From: an uncultured archaeon
GTDB lineage: Archaea > Thermoproteota > Bathyarchaeia > Bathyarchaeales > Bathycorpusculaceae
Assembly (NCBI GenBank): GCA_963810275.1
Contig: CAWENF010000003.1
Coordinates: 96,001-160,000 of the forward strand
Direction of reading: 5' to 3'
DNA: 64,000 nucleotides
In this document: positions 1 through 9,377 of the stretch, one piece after another
How positions within the stretch are numbered: the stretch's first letter is position 1
Layout of the letters: every line of letters begins with the position of its first letter
The notes under the pieces: generated by a model
What the model was told of the DNA's origin: nothing
What the model saw: the letters and a program-made list of their open reading frames with translations, nothing else
Database searches by the model: none
Position numbers and translations under genes: made by a program

Positions 1-228
1 GCCTTTTTGGCGGGCGGTGGCGCGGGTACCCTTGTCCATGATGACGCGTATGTTACCGTACTTTTTGTTAAATTCCTCGATGATTTCAAGCGTGTCGTCA
101 GTGGAGTAGCCGTCAACCACTATAAGCTGAGCGACTGGGATATTTTGGTAGATGGACTCAACGCACCGCTTAAGCATTCGTTGGCTGTTTTTGGTTAAAA
201 GCACGACGTCCACTTTTTCATCCACCAT
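1..228 (-). CDS. Glycosyltransferase family 2 protein, 5' part (runs off window edge)
   Basis: Manual translation from ATG 228: MVDEKVDVVLLTKNSQRMLKRCVESIYQNIPVAQLIVVDGYSTDDTLEII..., a typical GT2 N-terminus (VVDGxSxDxT). Not in the ORF track. Confidence 0.85.
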   Translation of the reverse strand, partial: MVDEKVDVVLLTKNSQRMLKRCVESIYQNIPVAQLIVVDGYSTDDTLEIIEEFNKKYGNIRVIMDKGTRATARQKG

Positions 229-232
229 AACG

Positions 233-883
233 TTACCTCTTTGCCGCTAACCTCACAGTCAACCCGTAAGCTGGAATAGGAAACGACTTAAAAAACAGGT
301 TGCCCCCCAGCCGTAACGGCAAATCATAGTAAACCCCAACCTCCAAACGATCATACCCCAAAATATCCGTGAAAAGTCGCTTCCATGCCCCAGGCGACTT
401 AGCATTTATGTGTGTATCATCATAATCGCCAGTCAAGGTGCGCACAAACTTCTCCACCTTTTTGTTAGGCGTAGTACAAACCAGAACCCCTCTGCAAACC
501 TCAAACATACCCGCCAGCGCCTTCTCGGGGTTAGGCAGATGCTCAAGCACATCAAAGCAGGTAACCAAATCAAAACCACCGCTAACTGGCAACGGTGTTT
601 GGGCGTCACAAACCAAAAAATCACCGCCACACAAGGCTTTCGCCTGTTTAGTGCCCCACGCCGAAATATCCAGGCCCACTGCGTCATATCCTAAGCCCTC
701 CAATACATTAGTAGAGTAACCACACGCGCAGCCCACATCCAAAGCCCGCTTGCCCACCCCCGACAGGAGGTTAACTTGGAGTTTATTATTTGCCCAATGT
801 AAAACTTCCAGTACATGCCGCTCCAGCAGCCGCTGCTTATACGTGTACATACGGTCTGCAAAGTAGTCTTGTGTGTACCCCAA
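233..883 (-). CDS. Class I SAM-dependent methyltransferase
   Basis: ALDVGCACG motif I and FDLVTCFDVLEHL motif. Confidence 0.85.
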   Translation of the reverse strand: MGYTQDYFADRMYTYKQRLLERHVLEVLHWANNKLQVNLLSGVGKRALDVGCACGYSTNVLEGLGYDAVGLDISAWGTKQAKALCGGDFLVCDAQTPLPVSGGFDLVTCFDVLEHLPNPEKALAGMFEVCRGVLVCTTPNKKVEKFVRTLTGDYDDTHINAKSPGAWKRLFTDILGYDRLEVGVYYDLPLRLGGNLFFKSFPIPAYGLTVRLAAKR

Positions 884-1006
884 ATATGTCGCCTAAAAGT
901 AGAGTGTAACTGTTCTCTTTTATACTCACGCCAAAAAACGTTTAAGCCCACAACATCAACGTTTCGATAAAGCCGTAGAGTTGAAGATAGTTTTTATATT
1001 GCCAAC

Positions 1007-2086
1007 TTGAATACAATTAAACAACAATTAATCCGGCTAGTGACGAATGATTTGACTTCAGGTCTGAAGAAAGCTACATCTTTAGCAGCACGCTCCATGA
1101 AATCAGGTAAACCCCACCATGCACAGTGGCTGGTTACCCGCAAATGCAATTACCGATGCGTAGGATGCAATGTCTGGAAAGAACAAGACCAAAACGAGTT
1201 ATCCACCGAAGAAATAAAACGAGGTCTAGACTGCCTAAAAAAAGCAGGAATAATCGAGCTGGTTCTTTCAGGCGGCGACCCCCTGCTCAGACCTGACATC
1301 GGCGAAATCATCGACTACGCCTCTGAGCGCTTCGTCACCACTGTCTATGACAACGGAAGCATGGCAGCAAAAAAAGTTGAGTTGCTGCATAAAGTGGATT
1401 TCGTGGCATTATCCATCGACAGCCTTGACGAGGCAAAAAACGACGCCATCAAAGCGATGCCCGGCGCATGGAAAAACGCTATGAACTCAGTGGAGGTCCT
1501 TCAGAAAGCTGGAGTCAAGGTAGCGGTTACGCCAACGATTTCTCAGAAAAACCTCTACGAAATCATAGACTTAACAAATTACTTTACGGGCAGGGGCATC
1601 CCAGTTTGGTACTGCCTCTATACCTATGACACTTCAGAGGATTCAAAGCAGCTTTTCCGGATCGGCAAAGCAAACGACGAGTTTATCATAACCGACAAAA
1701 AAGCCGTGGTGGAGCTTTTTAACCAGCTTATGGAGCTAAGAAAGAAAAACGACAAAGTCCTAATGACCACAAAGCTACTTAAAACTCTACGCAGCCTCTT
1801 TGACGAGGAAAAGCGCACCTGGAAATGTCAGGCGCTCACCAACTTTTTGGTGGTAGACCATTTGGGCAGGATTGCGGGTTGTCACAGCCAAAACTTTGTG
1901 GGAACCGTGTTTGATTTGCCCCAGAAATGGAATAGTGAGGAATTCAAGGAGTTACGCAAAAGCTATAACGACTGTGAACGCTGTAATTACCTTTGTTACG
2001 TGTTCTATTCGCTTTACGGAAGTCCAAGCGGGCACCTCTCGCTGGCAAGAGAGCAGTGGAAAAACGCAAAGTTACTCCTTAAATAG
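1007..2086 (+). CDS. Radical SAM protein with C-terminal SPASM/twitch-like Cys cluster
   Basis: CNYRCVGC (CxxxCxxC), SGGDPLLR, C-terminal C..GC..CERCNYLC; exact start uncertain. Confidence 0.85.
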   Translation: MNTIKQQLIRLVTNDLTSGLKKATSLAARSMKSGKPHHAQWLVTRKCNYRCVGCNVWKEQDQNELSTEEIKRGLDCLKKAGIIELVLSGGDPLLRPDIGEIIDYASERFVTTVYDNGSMAAKKVELLHKVDFVALSIDSLDEAKNDAIKAMPGAWKNAMNSVEVLQKAGVKVAVTPTISQKNLYEIIDLTNYFTGRGIPVWYCLYTYDTSEDSKQLFRIGKANDEFIITDKKAVVELFNQLMELRKKNDKVLMTTKLLKTLRSLFDEEKRTWKCQALTNFLVVDHLGRIAGCHSQNFVGTVFDLPQKWNSEEFKELRKSYNDCERCNYLCYVFYSLYGSPSGHLSLAREQWKNAKLLLK

Positions 2087-2324
2087 TCTCAGTTTCTAAA
2101 CTTGGAAGCACATCCAGAAATCCCACAGGTAAAAAAAAGGGGTTATTTGTGCATTCTTCTATATTGACTACTCGGGAGAACTTTGTGACTTCATTGCATC
2201 CACTTATGAAGCGCGGACCAGCATCTTTGGGATATCTGAGTTCTATGATGGCAGGTAGAAACATTATGACTACGGTTAAAGCGGCAGTTCCCACGATCAA
2301 AGCTAAAAGCGATTCTAATCCCAA
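2079..2324 (-). CDS. Small membrane-anchored hypothetical protein
   Basis: N-terminal TM helix; overlaps the stop of the GT2 gene (coupled). Confidence 0.55.
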   Translation of the reverse strand: MGLESLLALIVGTAALTVVIMFLPAIIELRYPKDAGPRFISGCNEVTKFSRVVNIEECTNNPFFLPVGFLDVLPSLETETI

Positions 2325-3652
2325 ATCGAGTTTACCTCCAATGTTAAATCACCATCTGCAACCAAATCGCCGTTTCCCGAATGGGGAGTTTTAGCCCAGA
2401 CCAAAACATCTTTCCGGATTATCTTTTCCCGAAGCACCGCTAAAGAAGCAAAGATACATATGAAAAGGTTGTAAAAGAAAGTAACGATAGAGAGAGGGAT
2501 TAGCCACTGAGTTCTTTTGCGGTTATCCAAGTATAAACCTACACCAACTTCGAAGAAGGGGGCAAAGTTACCGATAAAGCTGTAGAAGGAAATGGGTAAG
2601 ATAATACAGAAGGCGGGTACAATCAGCGGCGATATGTTGAAAATACTGGTTCCACAGGCAATCAGCCCCAATCCGACCATGAAAGAAAAAAACACGATAA
2701 TGGGCATGAAGTATAGGTTTAAAAGTAGCAACCCGTCAATTTTCTGTTTAAGGTTCAGTTTACTAGAGGCTATAACAGGCAAGAAATGTTTGCAGAAGCA
2801 CTGCATGTGACCTTTGGCCCAACGGTACCTTTGCCTGTAGTAAGCGCCCCAATTATCCACCGCCTCCTCGTAGCATTCAGCATCGACATCATACTTTATT
2901 TTGTAACCAGCAAGGTAGATGCGGAAAGTCAAATCGGTGTCCTCAGCTAAAACCGATTCATCCCAGCCTCCGAGCTGCCTAAGTATACCGCTTCTAAAAC
3001 CACCAACAGTACCGCCAAATTGAGTAATCAACCCCAAAATGTCACGCGCTTCTTGGTCTACGCGGTACCCGCCTACACGCTCCAGAGCCACCAACCGTGT
3101 CAAAAAGTTTTTCGATTCATTTTGAACAACAACTCTTCCCTGAACAGCCCCTACTTTGGGGTCTGCAAAGGCGCTTACAAGCCGTCCCAGAAGATTTTTG
3201 GGCGGAAAATAGTCAGCGTCAAAGCATAATGTTACTTCGCCAGTAGCCCTTTGAAAGCCGTCGTTCATAGCTGCGGATTTACCTTTACCGCCGACATCAC
3301 TATTTCGGTTAACCACAGATATATAGGGGTATTTGGCAGCGTATTCAGATGCTATTTTTTCAGTTTTATCAACGGAGGCATCGTTTATCACAATTACTTG
3401 AAGCTTGTTTTTAGGGTAAGCTGTCGCTGTTAGCCGTTGAAGGATTCGCCCGATTACTTTTTCTTCATTGCATGCTGGGATTAGAACCGTAACTGAAGGA
3501 TCATACTTTATGTTTTCTGAAGTCTCTTTTACAGCGGCGGGTTTATTGGATTTTCTCAGTACTGTCAGGGTGAAAATGTAGTGTCTGACAAGGTAAGCTA
3601 ACGTCAAAGCGATTGAGCTCAGGAAGAACACTTCAAGCAGTTCAATAATCAC
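2315..3652 (-). CDS. Processive membrane GT2 glycosyltransferase (cellulose synthase-like)
   Basis: D,D,D,QxxRW signature: INDAS, FDADY, AEDT, QRYRW; N- and C-terminal TM helices. Confidence 0.9.
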   Translation of the reverse strand: MIIELLEVFFLSSIALTLAYLVRHYIFTLTVLRKSNKPAAVKETSENIKYDPSVTVLIPACNEEKVIGRILQRLTATAYPKNKLQVIVINDASVDKTEKIASEYAAKYPYISVVNRNSDVGGKGKSAAMNDGFQRATGEVTLCFDADYFPPKNLLGRLVSAFADPKVGAVQGRVVVQNESKNFLTRLVALERVGGYRVDQEARDILGLITQFGGTVGGFRSGILRQLGGWDESVLAEDTDLTFRIYLAGYKIKYDVDAECYEEAVDNWGAYYRQRYRWAKGHMQCFCKHFLPVIASSKLNLKQKIDGLLLLNLYFMPIIVFFSFMVGLGLIACGTSIFNISPLIVPAFCIILPISFYSFIGNFAPFFEVGVGLYLDNRKRTQWLIPLSIVTFFYNLFICIFASLAVLREKIIRKDVLVWAKTPHSGNGDLVADGDLTLEVNSIWD

Positions 3653-4044
3653 TTTTTAGCGACTCCTTCAACAGCATCAATCGTAGTGAGCTTAGTTAAA
3701 CTGAAAGACCAGAACGTTATTACCCAGAAAATGTTGAGGAAAGGGTAAGCGACAGTATAGAACAGACTTAGCCAAACCGGCTGAACGTCTTGGGTAATTG
3801 CCACTTGCACTGCCAAAAGATGAAAAGCGCAGTTCCAAATCATGCCCAAAACGTTTCCTGCGAATAGGAGGGCGAGTTTGGCAAATTTGCCCCCCTTTAG
3901 TTGGGTGAAGAGGATTATGAAGATAATATCAAAAATCAGCAGTGTAGCAAAAGATTGGAGGTCAATCCAACGATAAGTTATTGTTAGACAAATCGCCAGA
4001 AGCGCACAGAGTAAAATAAGAGTTAGTTTAGTAATTATCTTCAC
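3649..4044 (-). CDS. Hypothetical membrane protein (about 4 TM)
   Basis: Hydrophobic ORF with 4-nt overlap onto the GT2 start. Confidence 0.65.
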   Translation of the reverse strand: MKIITKLTLILLCALLAICLTITYRWIDLQSFATLLIFDIIFIILFTQLKGGKFAKLALLFAGNVLGMIWNCAFHLLAVQVAITQDVQPVWLSLFYTVAYPFLNIFWVITFWSFSLTKLTTIDAVEGVAKK

Positions 4045-4162
4045 TCGTTCCCTTCTCTCCAGTCTCCCTACATAGCTGAGAAATTTGATTTACATAATTT
4101 AATTTTTAAATTATAAGTAACAAAATTATAGAAGAAAGTTCTACTGGGCGCAGAATGTTTAA

Positions 4163-4774
4163 TCAAGTCGGAGGAATCGAGAAAACAACGTTGTCAATCA
4201 CGTGGCACAGAACCTCAAACACTTCGTTAGCTGACAAGTTATCCGTATCTAAAACAAAATCAAACGGCGTCAAATCTTCTCCAAGTAAAAACCCGTAAAG
4301 CGACTTGTATATCATTTTGGTATGCCCTTCTTTTTCACCGAGAACCTGCACCGCTTCCTGATATGACAGACGATCTCGTTCAGCTACTCTTTGCGCTCGC
4401 TTCTCAAAAGAAGCTTCCAACCAAATTTTGAATCCACCCTTAAGCAGCCAGGGCATAGTCCAACTGTCCAAAAGCACGTTGCCTTGCTTGGCAAACTCTA
4501 AGAGTTTATCGTCCACCGCCTTGTCAAATTTTGGGTCTGTTTTACGTTTAGCCAAAAAAGATAGACCAACGGGGCTTTCCCACCATCCCTGAACAGAGAT
4601 ATCGTAGCCTTCCTGCTTTGCTAACTCTTTTAATGCATCGCCGCCCGAGTAATAACGTAAACCGTATTTATGCGCCAGTTTTTTGGCAAGAGTGCTTTTT
4701 CCCGTGCCAGCCATGCCGGAGATGCAGATTACTTGCTGCTCGGTAGCTTGAAGGTTTTTTTGTGGGTCAGCCAT
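4163..4774 (-). CDS. cmk: Cytidylate kinase (archaeal type)
   Basis: ISGMAGTGKST P-loop, IWLEAS..KRAQR; conserved position downstream of secY/DUF106. Confidence 0.85.
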   Translation of the reverse strand: MADPQKNLQATEQQVICISGMAGTGKSTLAKKLAHKYGLRYYSGGDALKELAKQEGYDISVQGWWESPVGLSFLAKRKTDPKFDKAVDDKLLEFAKQGNVLLDSWTMPWLLKGGFKIWLEASFEKRAQRVAERDRLSYQEAVQVLGEKEGHTKMIYKSLYGFLLGEDLTPFDFVLDTDNLSANEVFEVLCHVIDNVVFSIPPT

Positions 4775-4798
4775 TTTACTTTACGTCTCACGAGATTA

Positions 4799-5719
4799 TT
4801 ACTGAGTGTTGTCTATGGGCATGATACCGATGATGCGGGAAGCGATTAAACCCAAGAACAGAGAGCAGATGGGGTATAGCCAGACAACTGCAATCGGACC
4901 AAAGCCGGGCAGGTAAGCTAGACTTGTGTTTCCGAAAGTAGGAATCAAAACCAGGAACCAAACAATGAGGTACAAAAAGGATATACCTATTTGAAGCATC
5001 TGTGGCTTCATCATTTTAGATTGCATATTGTTGATTTGGGACTGTTTGCGTTTAAGCTTCTCCATCTGTTTCTTGTCGTTCGCTCTTGCTGCAGCCATCT
5101 GTTCGGAACGGAATTCAGCCATCTCTTTTTGCATTACACGATACTGTTCCCAGCCGATGAAGTAGTTGATTAGGATCCGGTTGATGCCACTGTTGAGAAA
5201 GGCGATGCCGACTGCAATGCCTAAAATCGCCAGCACGGGCAGAAATGATGTGATTTGAAGTTTATAAGAGGAATTTATCGTTGAGGTTGCGCCGCCGGCT
5301 GAAATAACTTTAGTTGCCCAAGTGTAGTCGCCGGCTACCTGAGCGTTATGAGCTTCGAAAGTCAAAGTGACGCTTTGCCCGTTAGATAAGCCGCTACCAG
5401 AGGTTTCTGCCAAGATTACTCCATCAGCAGTGTCCACGTTCCAGTTTCCTGATACAGGTTGTTGGCTAACTTGCAAATTAGAAATTCCAAGATACTCAGC
5501 AGGCATGGTTATATTTGCACCAGTTATGCTGTCTGCACCGGTATTAGTCAGAGTAAACGTGTAAGACGATTCGGAGTTGACGGTTGGATCGGAGGCAGAT
5601 ATGGAGGTCTCAAAATTCAATGTGGATTGCGCTTCTGCAGTGCATACATAGGCGGTGAAAGCGGAAACGGCCAGCAGGGTTACCAGCGTTATCAGCAAGA
5701 GTTTTTTGTGTGTGTTCAT
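4799..5719 (-). CDS. EMC3/TMCO1 (DUF106, Oxa1 superfamily) insertase with extra N-terminal extracellular beta-rich domain
   Basis: C-terminal TM, coiled coil (MQKEMAEFR..KQMEKLKRKQ), TM, TM with WLY motif; syntenic with cmk; signal peptide plus about 130 aa Ser/Thr-rich domain in front. Confidence 0.8.
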   Translation of the reverse strand: MNTHKKLLLITLVTLLAVSAFTAYVCTAEAQSTLNFETSISASDPTVNSESSYTFTLTNTGADSITGANITMPAEYLGISNLQVSQQPVSGNWNVDTADGVILAETSGSGLSNGQSVTLTFEAHNAQVAGDYTWATKVISAGGATSTINSSYKLQITSFLPVLAILGIAVGIAFLNSGINRILINYFIGWEQYRVMQKEMAEFRSEQMAAARANDKKQMEKLKRKQSQINNMQSKMMKPQMLQIGISFLYLIVWFLVLIPTFGNTSLAYLPGFGPIAVVWLYPICSLFLGLIASRIIGIMPIDNTQ

Positions 5720-5844
5720 GCCACTGTGCCTCACGAATTTACTTACTATTTAGTTATTATTATGCTTAGCCTACATTGTCCTTGTTAATAACTATTTCAC
5801 TTGTTTACAAACAAGACAACCGCAAGTAAAACAAATAAAAGATG

Positions 5845-6384
5845 CTAGTTTTGGGCAAGTTTAGCGACTTCATGTCCCCAAGCTTCAATGGCTATCCAGT
5901 CTCGTGTGTCATGAACCCTGGCGGTATCCAAGCCGTTTTTGCGCAAGTTCCTTCGGTTAACTCTAACGATAATATCAACTATCAAACCGTGACTGTAACT
6001 AAAATCCATCAAGCACCCAAAGTAACCAACCGCAATTGGAGATAACCCATATTTCTCTGCAGTGTCCGTGAGGTAACGTTTTTTGCCTACATCGTAGCCT
6101 TCGTCTTTGCGGTCAGCCATTGAGCAACTAACGAACAACGCCATTTTTTTGCTTTTCAATGAAGACAGGTTGTTCTCTATGAATGCAATGGATTCTTTAG
6201 TCCATTTGTCAGAACTCAAACCGCTCCCGATAAGTACTAAATCATAATCCTCGATGCTGGCGGTGGCTTTTTTTGCGTCAACAACTTCTACAGTAAAGCC
6301 ATCGTCTTGGAGGGCTTTGGCGATTGTTTTGGCAACTTTTTCTGTGCCGCCCCATCTGGTTCCGTAAACAATTAACGTATTCAA
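5845..6384 (-). CDS. Flavodoxin-domain protein (Flavodoxin_5/HemG-like)
   Basis: IVYGTRWGGTEKVA FMN loop; ends DTRDWIAIEAW. Confidence 0.8.
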   Translation of the reverse strand: MNTLIVYGTRWGGTEKVAKTIAKALQDDGFTVEVVDAKKATASIEDYDLVLIGSGLSSDKWTKESIAFIENNLSSLKSKKMALFVSCSMADRKDEGYDVGKKRYLTDTAEKYGLSPIAVGYFGCLMDFSYSHGLIVDIIVRVNRRNLRKNGLDTARVHDTRDWIAIEAWGHEVAKLAQN

Positions 6385-6529
6385 CTTTCTTTGTTCTTCC
6401 CATTATAGATTAAGCAAAACGTTTTCGGATGCTTATTAATTCATCCGTGTAAACCAGCAAATATCAATAGCTTAAAATCTAGCACAAGTGATCTATATTA
6501 GAAATAAAAAAAGAAATGGAAGGGGTTGT

Positions 6530-9190
6530 TTAGTGCTTTCTCAACAGGAGCAGAGTCGCTATTGCAACTGCGATTATTATGGCTATACCCATTCCAAGGG
6601 TGTACAATTCGTATGGTGGCATCTGTACTGTTTGTTCTGTTATGCTTGGTGCTGGTGTTGCGCCCATCACTGCAAAAGAAGATTCAGCTGATGATGGGTA
6701 GTAGGATTCGGAACCTGGAAACTGCGCTGTAACAATGTATGAGCCTTCAATGTCGGGTGTCCACGTGTAGGTGAACATGCCGCTTGCGTCAGTGGAGGTG
6801 CTGCCTATGCTTCTGTAGTTGCCGTTTTGGTCCCAAACGAACAGGTTAACTGGTACACCAGTGACGTCGGTTGGTTTGGGTTTTTGCATATAGACGTACT
6901 CCATCCAAGCACTTTGGCTTTCATCTGAGACTGCTGGTACTCCGTTGGGGAATCTTGCTGCTTGCTCTTGTTGCTGGGTTCCTGCTGCAATGTCGCTTAC
7001 TGTTCCGCGTATCACGACAGGTGTGCCAAATGAAGCGGCTATGTCTGGTGCAGACACGGTGATTTGACTTGGTCCTTTACCGAAGCAGTAGATGCGGCTA
7101 TCATATGAGTTGAGTGTTGTCAAGTATCCGTCTGCTACTGGAGCTTGGCCACCGTACATTTGGTTGCCATAGTCCATAATTGTCCAGATTTCTTCGCCTG
7201 TGGTTGCGTTGATGCATCTATACTGTGCGCCCTTGTATAGTGGCGAGTTAGGTGAGTGCTCTGTGGTGTCTAAGTAGACTTTGCCGTCCGCGATGGTGCT
7301 GATGAAGATTGGGTAACGTCCGTATACAGTGTTGAAGTTACTAAGGGTGCTGTTGCCCTCGCCGCCATTGCCGTAAGTCCAGAGCAAGTCGCCGTTGTTA
7401 ACATCATATGCGTAGACGATGCCTCCATAGCCTGTAAAGTAGAGTTTGCCGTATGCAACTCTTTCTAAGCCGAGAGCCAAGTAGTTGTAGTCAGCTGTAT
7501 AGTCGTCAGGTACTCCACTTGGTCCCCAAACGTGACTACCGTCAGATAGACTCCAACCATCATGAGTAATGGATTCTTTGTCGCATGTCGTAAAGATGCC
7601 TGCATCTGGATCCCAGTCAGTAATAATTCGGCTGTTGTTGCCTGGTGCTGGGTCGTAGCTCTTTGTCCATAGAATTGAACCTCGATTGTTAGTTTGGAGG
7701 CTGACGCAAGTAATGTTACCACCGTCCACAGATATCGTTGTACCAAAGTCACCTGGACGTCCACCGAGGCTTCCTTCCATCAGTAGGATTTTGTCTTCCT
7801 CACGGACTAGGGGTAGATTGCTTAGTGATGCTTGTGCAATTGACCAAGTGCCTTTAAGCGTTGAAAGAGAAATGTTCCAGTCATAGCATGCTGATGTGCT
7901 TGCATCCACGGTACCTGAATACCAATTAGCTACACCAAAAGCACCGTTACCACCAAACACACGTGAAGAGTTCCACTGTGCTAGATAGTAGTTTGGATTT
8001 GTTGCAGTTCCTTTGTTCGTTAGGATGTATGTTAGAACTTCGCCCGATGGTCCGCCGATGCTTACGCCTGAAGGAACATTCTGTATTTCCATGTCAGTTA
8101 AGTCGCCTGTTAATGCGTCGTACGCTGCCCAGTAGGTGTTACCACCCATCAGCCCATACGGAGTTGGGATGCCGCCCACTGAGTGGGGTGCAATGAGTAT
8201 ACCGTTGGGTAATACGCCGTGTTGGTTAGGGTTTTCGAAGCTGTATAAGTAGCCAAATGTCGGAACGAGTGCTGTACCTGTTGCTGAGCAATTTATGCGC
8301 CAGAGTTCTTCGCCTGTCTGCAGGTTTACTGCAACGTAGTCGCCGCCTGTGCTGGACATTCCACCTACACCACCGGAGTTACCGAGTGGTTCTTGGTAGT
8401 AAAGAACGCCCTGCATAATGATTGGGTTGCTGAATCTTGTTGCGTATGATAAGCCATTGTAGAACATTTCACCTAGAACTGCAGTGTCGTTTCCGCCGAC
8501 AACTCCTCCGTGCTGGATTGATTTAGCCCACATTATGTGTGCGCTATTGGGGGCTGTTCCGTCTGGTTGGTATGCACCCGGGATACCGTAAGCCGCTCCG
8601 GCTCCAGTGATGAAAGGTGCACCTAGCCAGTTTGATGAGATTGAATACCAATAGCTGTTTTGACCCTCAATTGGGCGTGACCAGTATTCGTCTGGTAAGG
8701 GATAGCTGTCGATTACTCCAGCAATCGGTTCGTCCTGCACAGTTAAGTAAATGGTTTTTTCTGCAGCTGTAAATATGTCGCCAGTGTAGGCAGAACCAGT
8801 CCAAGTGTATTCTTGTTCTGGATATTTGAATTCAATTGTGTAGTTTCCGACCTTCTCTGGTGTGTACTGGTAGAATTGTACTGAGGTTGTGTCGCTGACT
8901 AAGGGCCAAGTCTTTGTTTCGACGTGACCGTCTGGGTCTGTGATTGTTAATGAATAGTCGTGTCGTCTAACGTCGTTGCCAATCGCTGCACCTGGAAGAC
9001 CACCGTCAATCCAAAAAACGATTGAGACCGTTTGACCGACGCCTACTGGGCTGGGTGCAGCTACCAGGTAGGGGTACGATTTCCAAGTCCATGACGGATC
9101 ATGGGCTGTTGTTGATGGAGCTATTGCAATAGTGGTTGTTATTGCTATTAGCAGAACTATGGTCGATATACTAGCGATTTTTTTGTTCAA
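6530..9190 (-). CDS. Large cell-surface PQQ-like beta-propeller repeat protein with Ig-like domains and C-terminal TM anchor
   Basis: Signal peptide; repeats AVNLQTGEELW, AYDVNNGDLLW, CINATTGEEIW; C-terminal TM followed by RKH. Confidence 0.85.
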   Translation of the reverse strand: MNKKIASISTIVLLIAITTTIAIAPSTTAHDPSWTWKSYPYLVAAPSPVGVGQTVSIVFWIDGGLPGAAIGNDVRRHDYSLTITDPDGHVETKTWPLVSDTTSVQFYQYTPEKVGNYTIEFKYPEQEYTWTGSAYTGDIFTAAEKTIYLTVQDEPIAGVIDSYPLPDEYWSRPIEGQNSYWYSISSNWLGAPFITGAGAAYGIPGAYQPDGTAPNSAHIMWAKSIQHGGVVGGNDTAVLGEMFYNGLSYATRFSNPIIMQGVLYYQEPLGNSGGVGGMSSTGGDYVAVNLQTGEELWRINCSATGTALVPTFGYLYSFENPNQHGVLPNGILIAPHSVGGIPTPYGLMGGNTYWAAYDALTGDLTDMEIQNVPSGVSIGGPSGEVLTYILTNKGTATNPNYYLAQWNSSRVFGGNGAFGVANWYSGTVDASTSACYDWNISLSTLKGTWSIAQASLSNLPLVREEDKILLMEGSLGGRPGDFGTTISVDGGNITCVSLQTNNRGSILWTKSYDPAPGNNSRIITDWDPDAGIFTTCDKESITHDGWSLSDGSHVWGPSGVPDDYTADYNYLALGLERVAYGKLYFTGYGGIVYAYDVNNGDLLWTYGNGGEGNSTLSNFNTVYGRYPIFISTIADGKVYLDTTEHSPNSPLYKGAQYRCINATTGEEIWTIMDYGNQMYGGQAPVADGYLTTLNSYDSRIYCFGKGPSQITVSAPDIAASFGTPVVIRGTVSDIAAGTQQQEQAARFPNGVPAVSDESQSAWMEYVYMQKPKPTDVTGVPVNLFVWDQNGNYRSIGSTSTDASGMFTYTWTPDIEGSYIVTAQFPGSESYYPSSAESSFAVMGATPAPSITEQTVQMPPYELYTLGMGIAIIIAVAIATLLLLRKH

Positions 9191-9377
9191 GTTTTTTTCT
9201 CCTTTTTAAGAGTATGTTTCTTGTAAAGACTTGGTATTGGATGTCTCAGTTTATAAAGAGAAGTGGAAAGTGGGCACTGACGACAAGAATTAAAAATTTT
9301 TAAGAAATCTCGAAATACAGAGTATCTGAACAGTTTAAACAGAAACTAACAAAGTTAGATTTAAAATAGAGAGGGGA

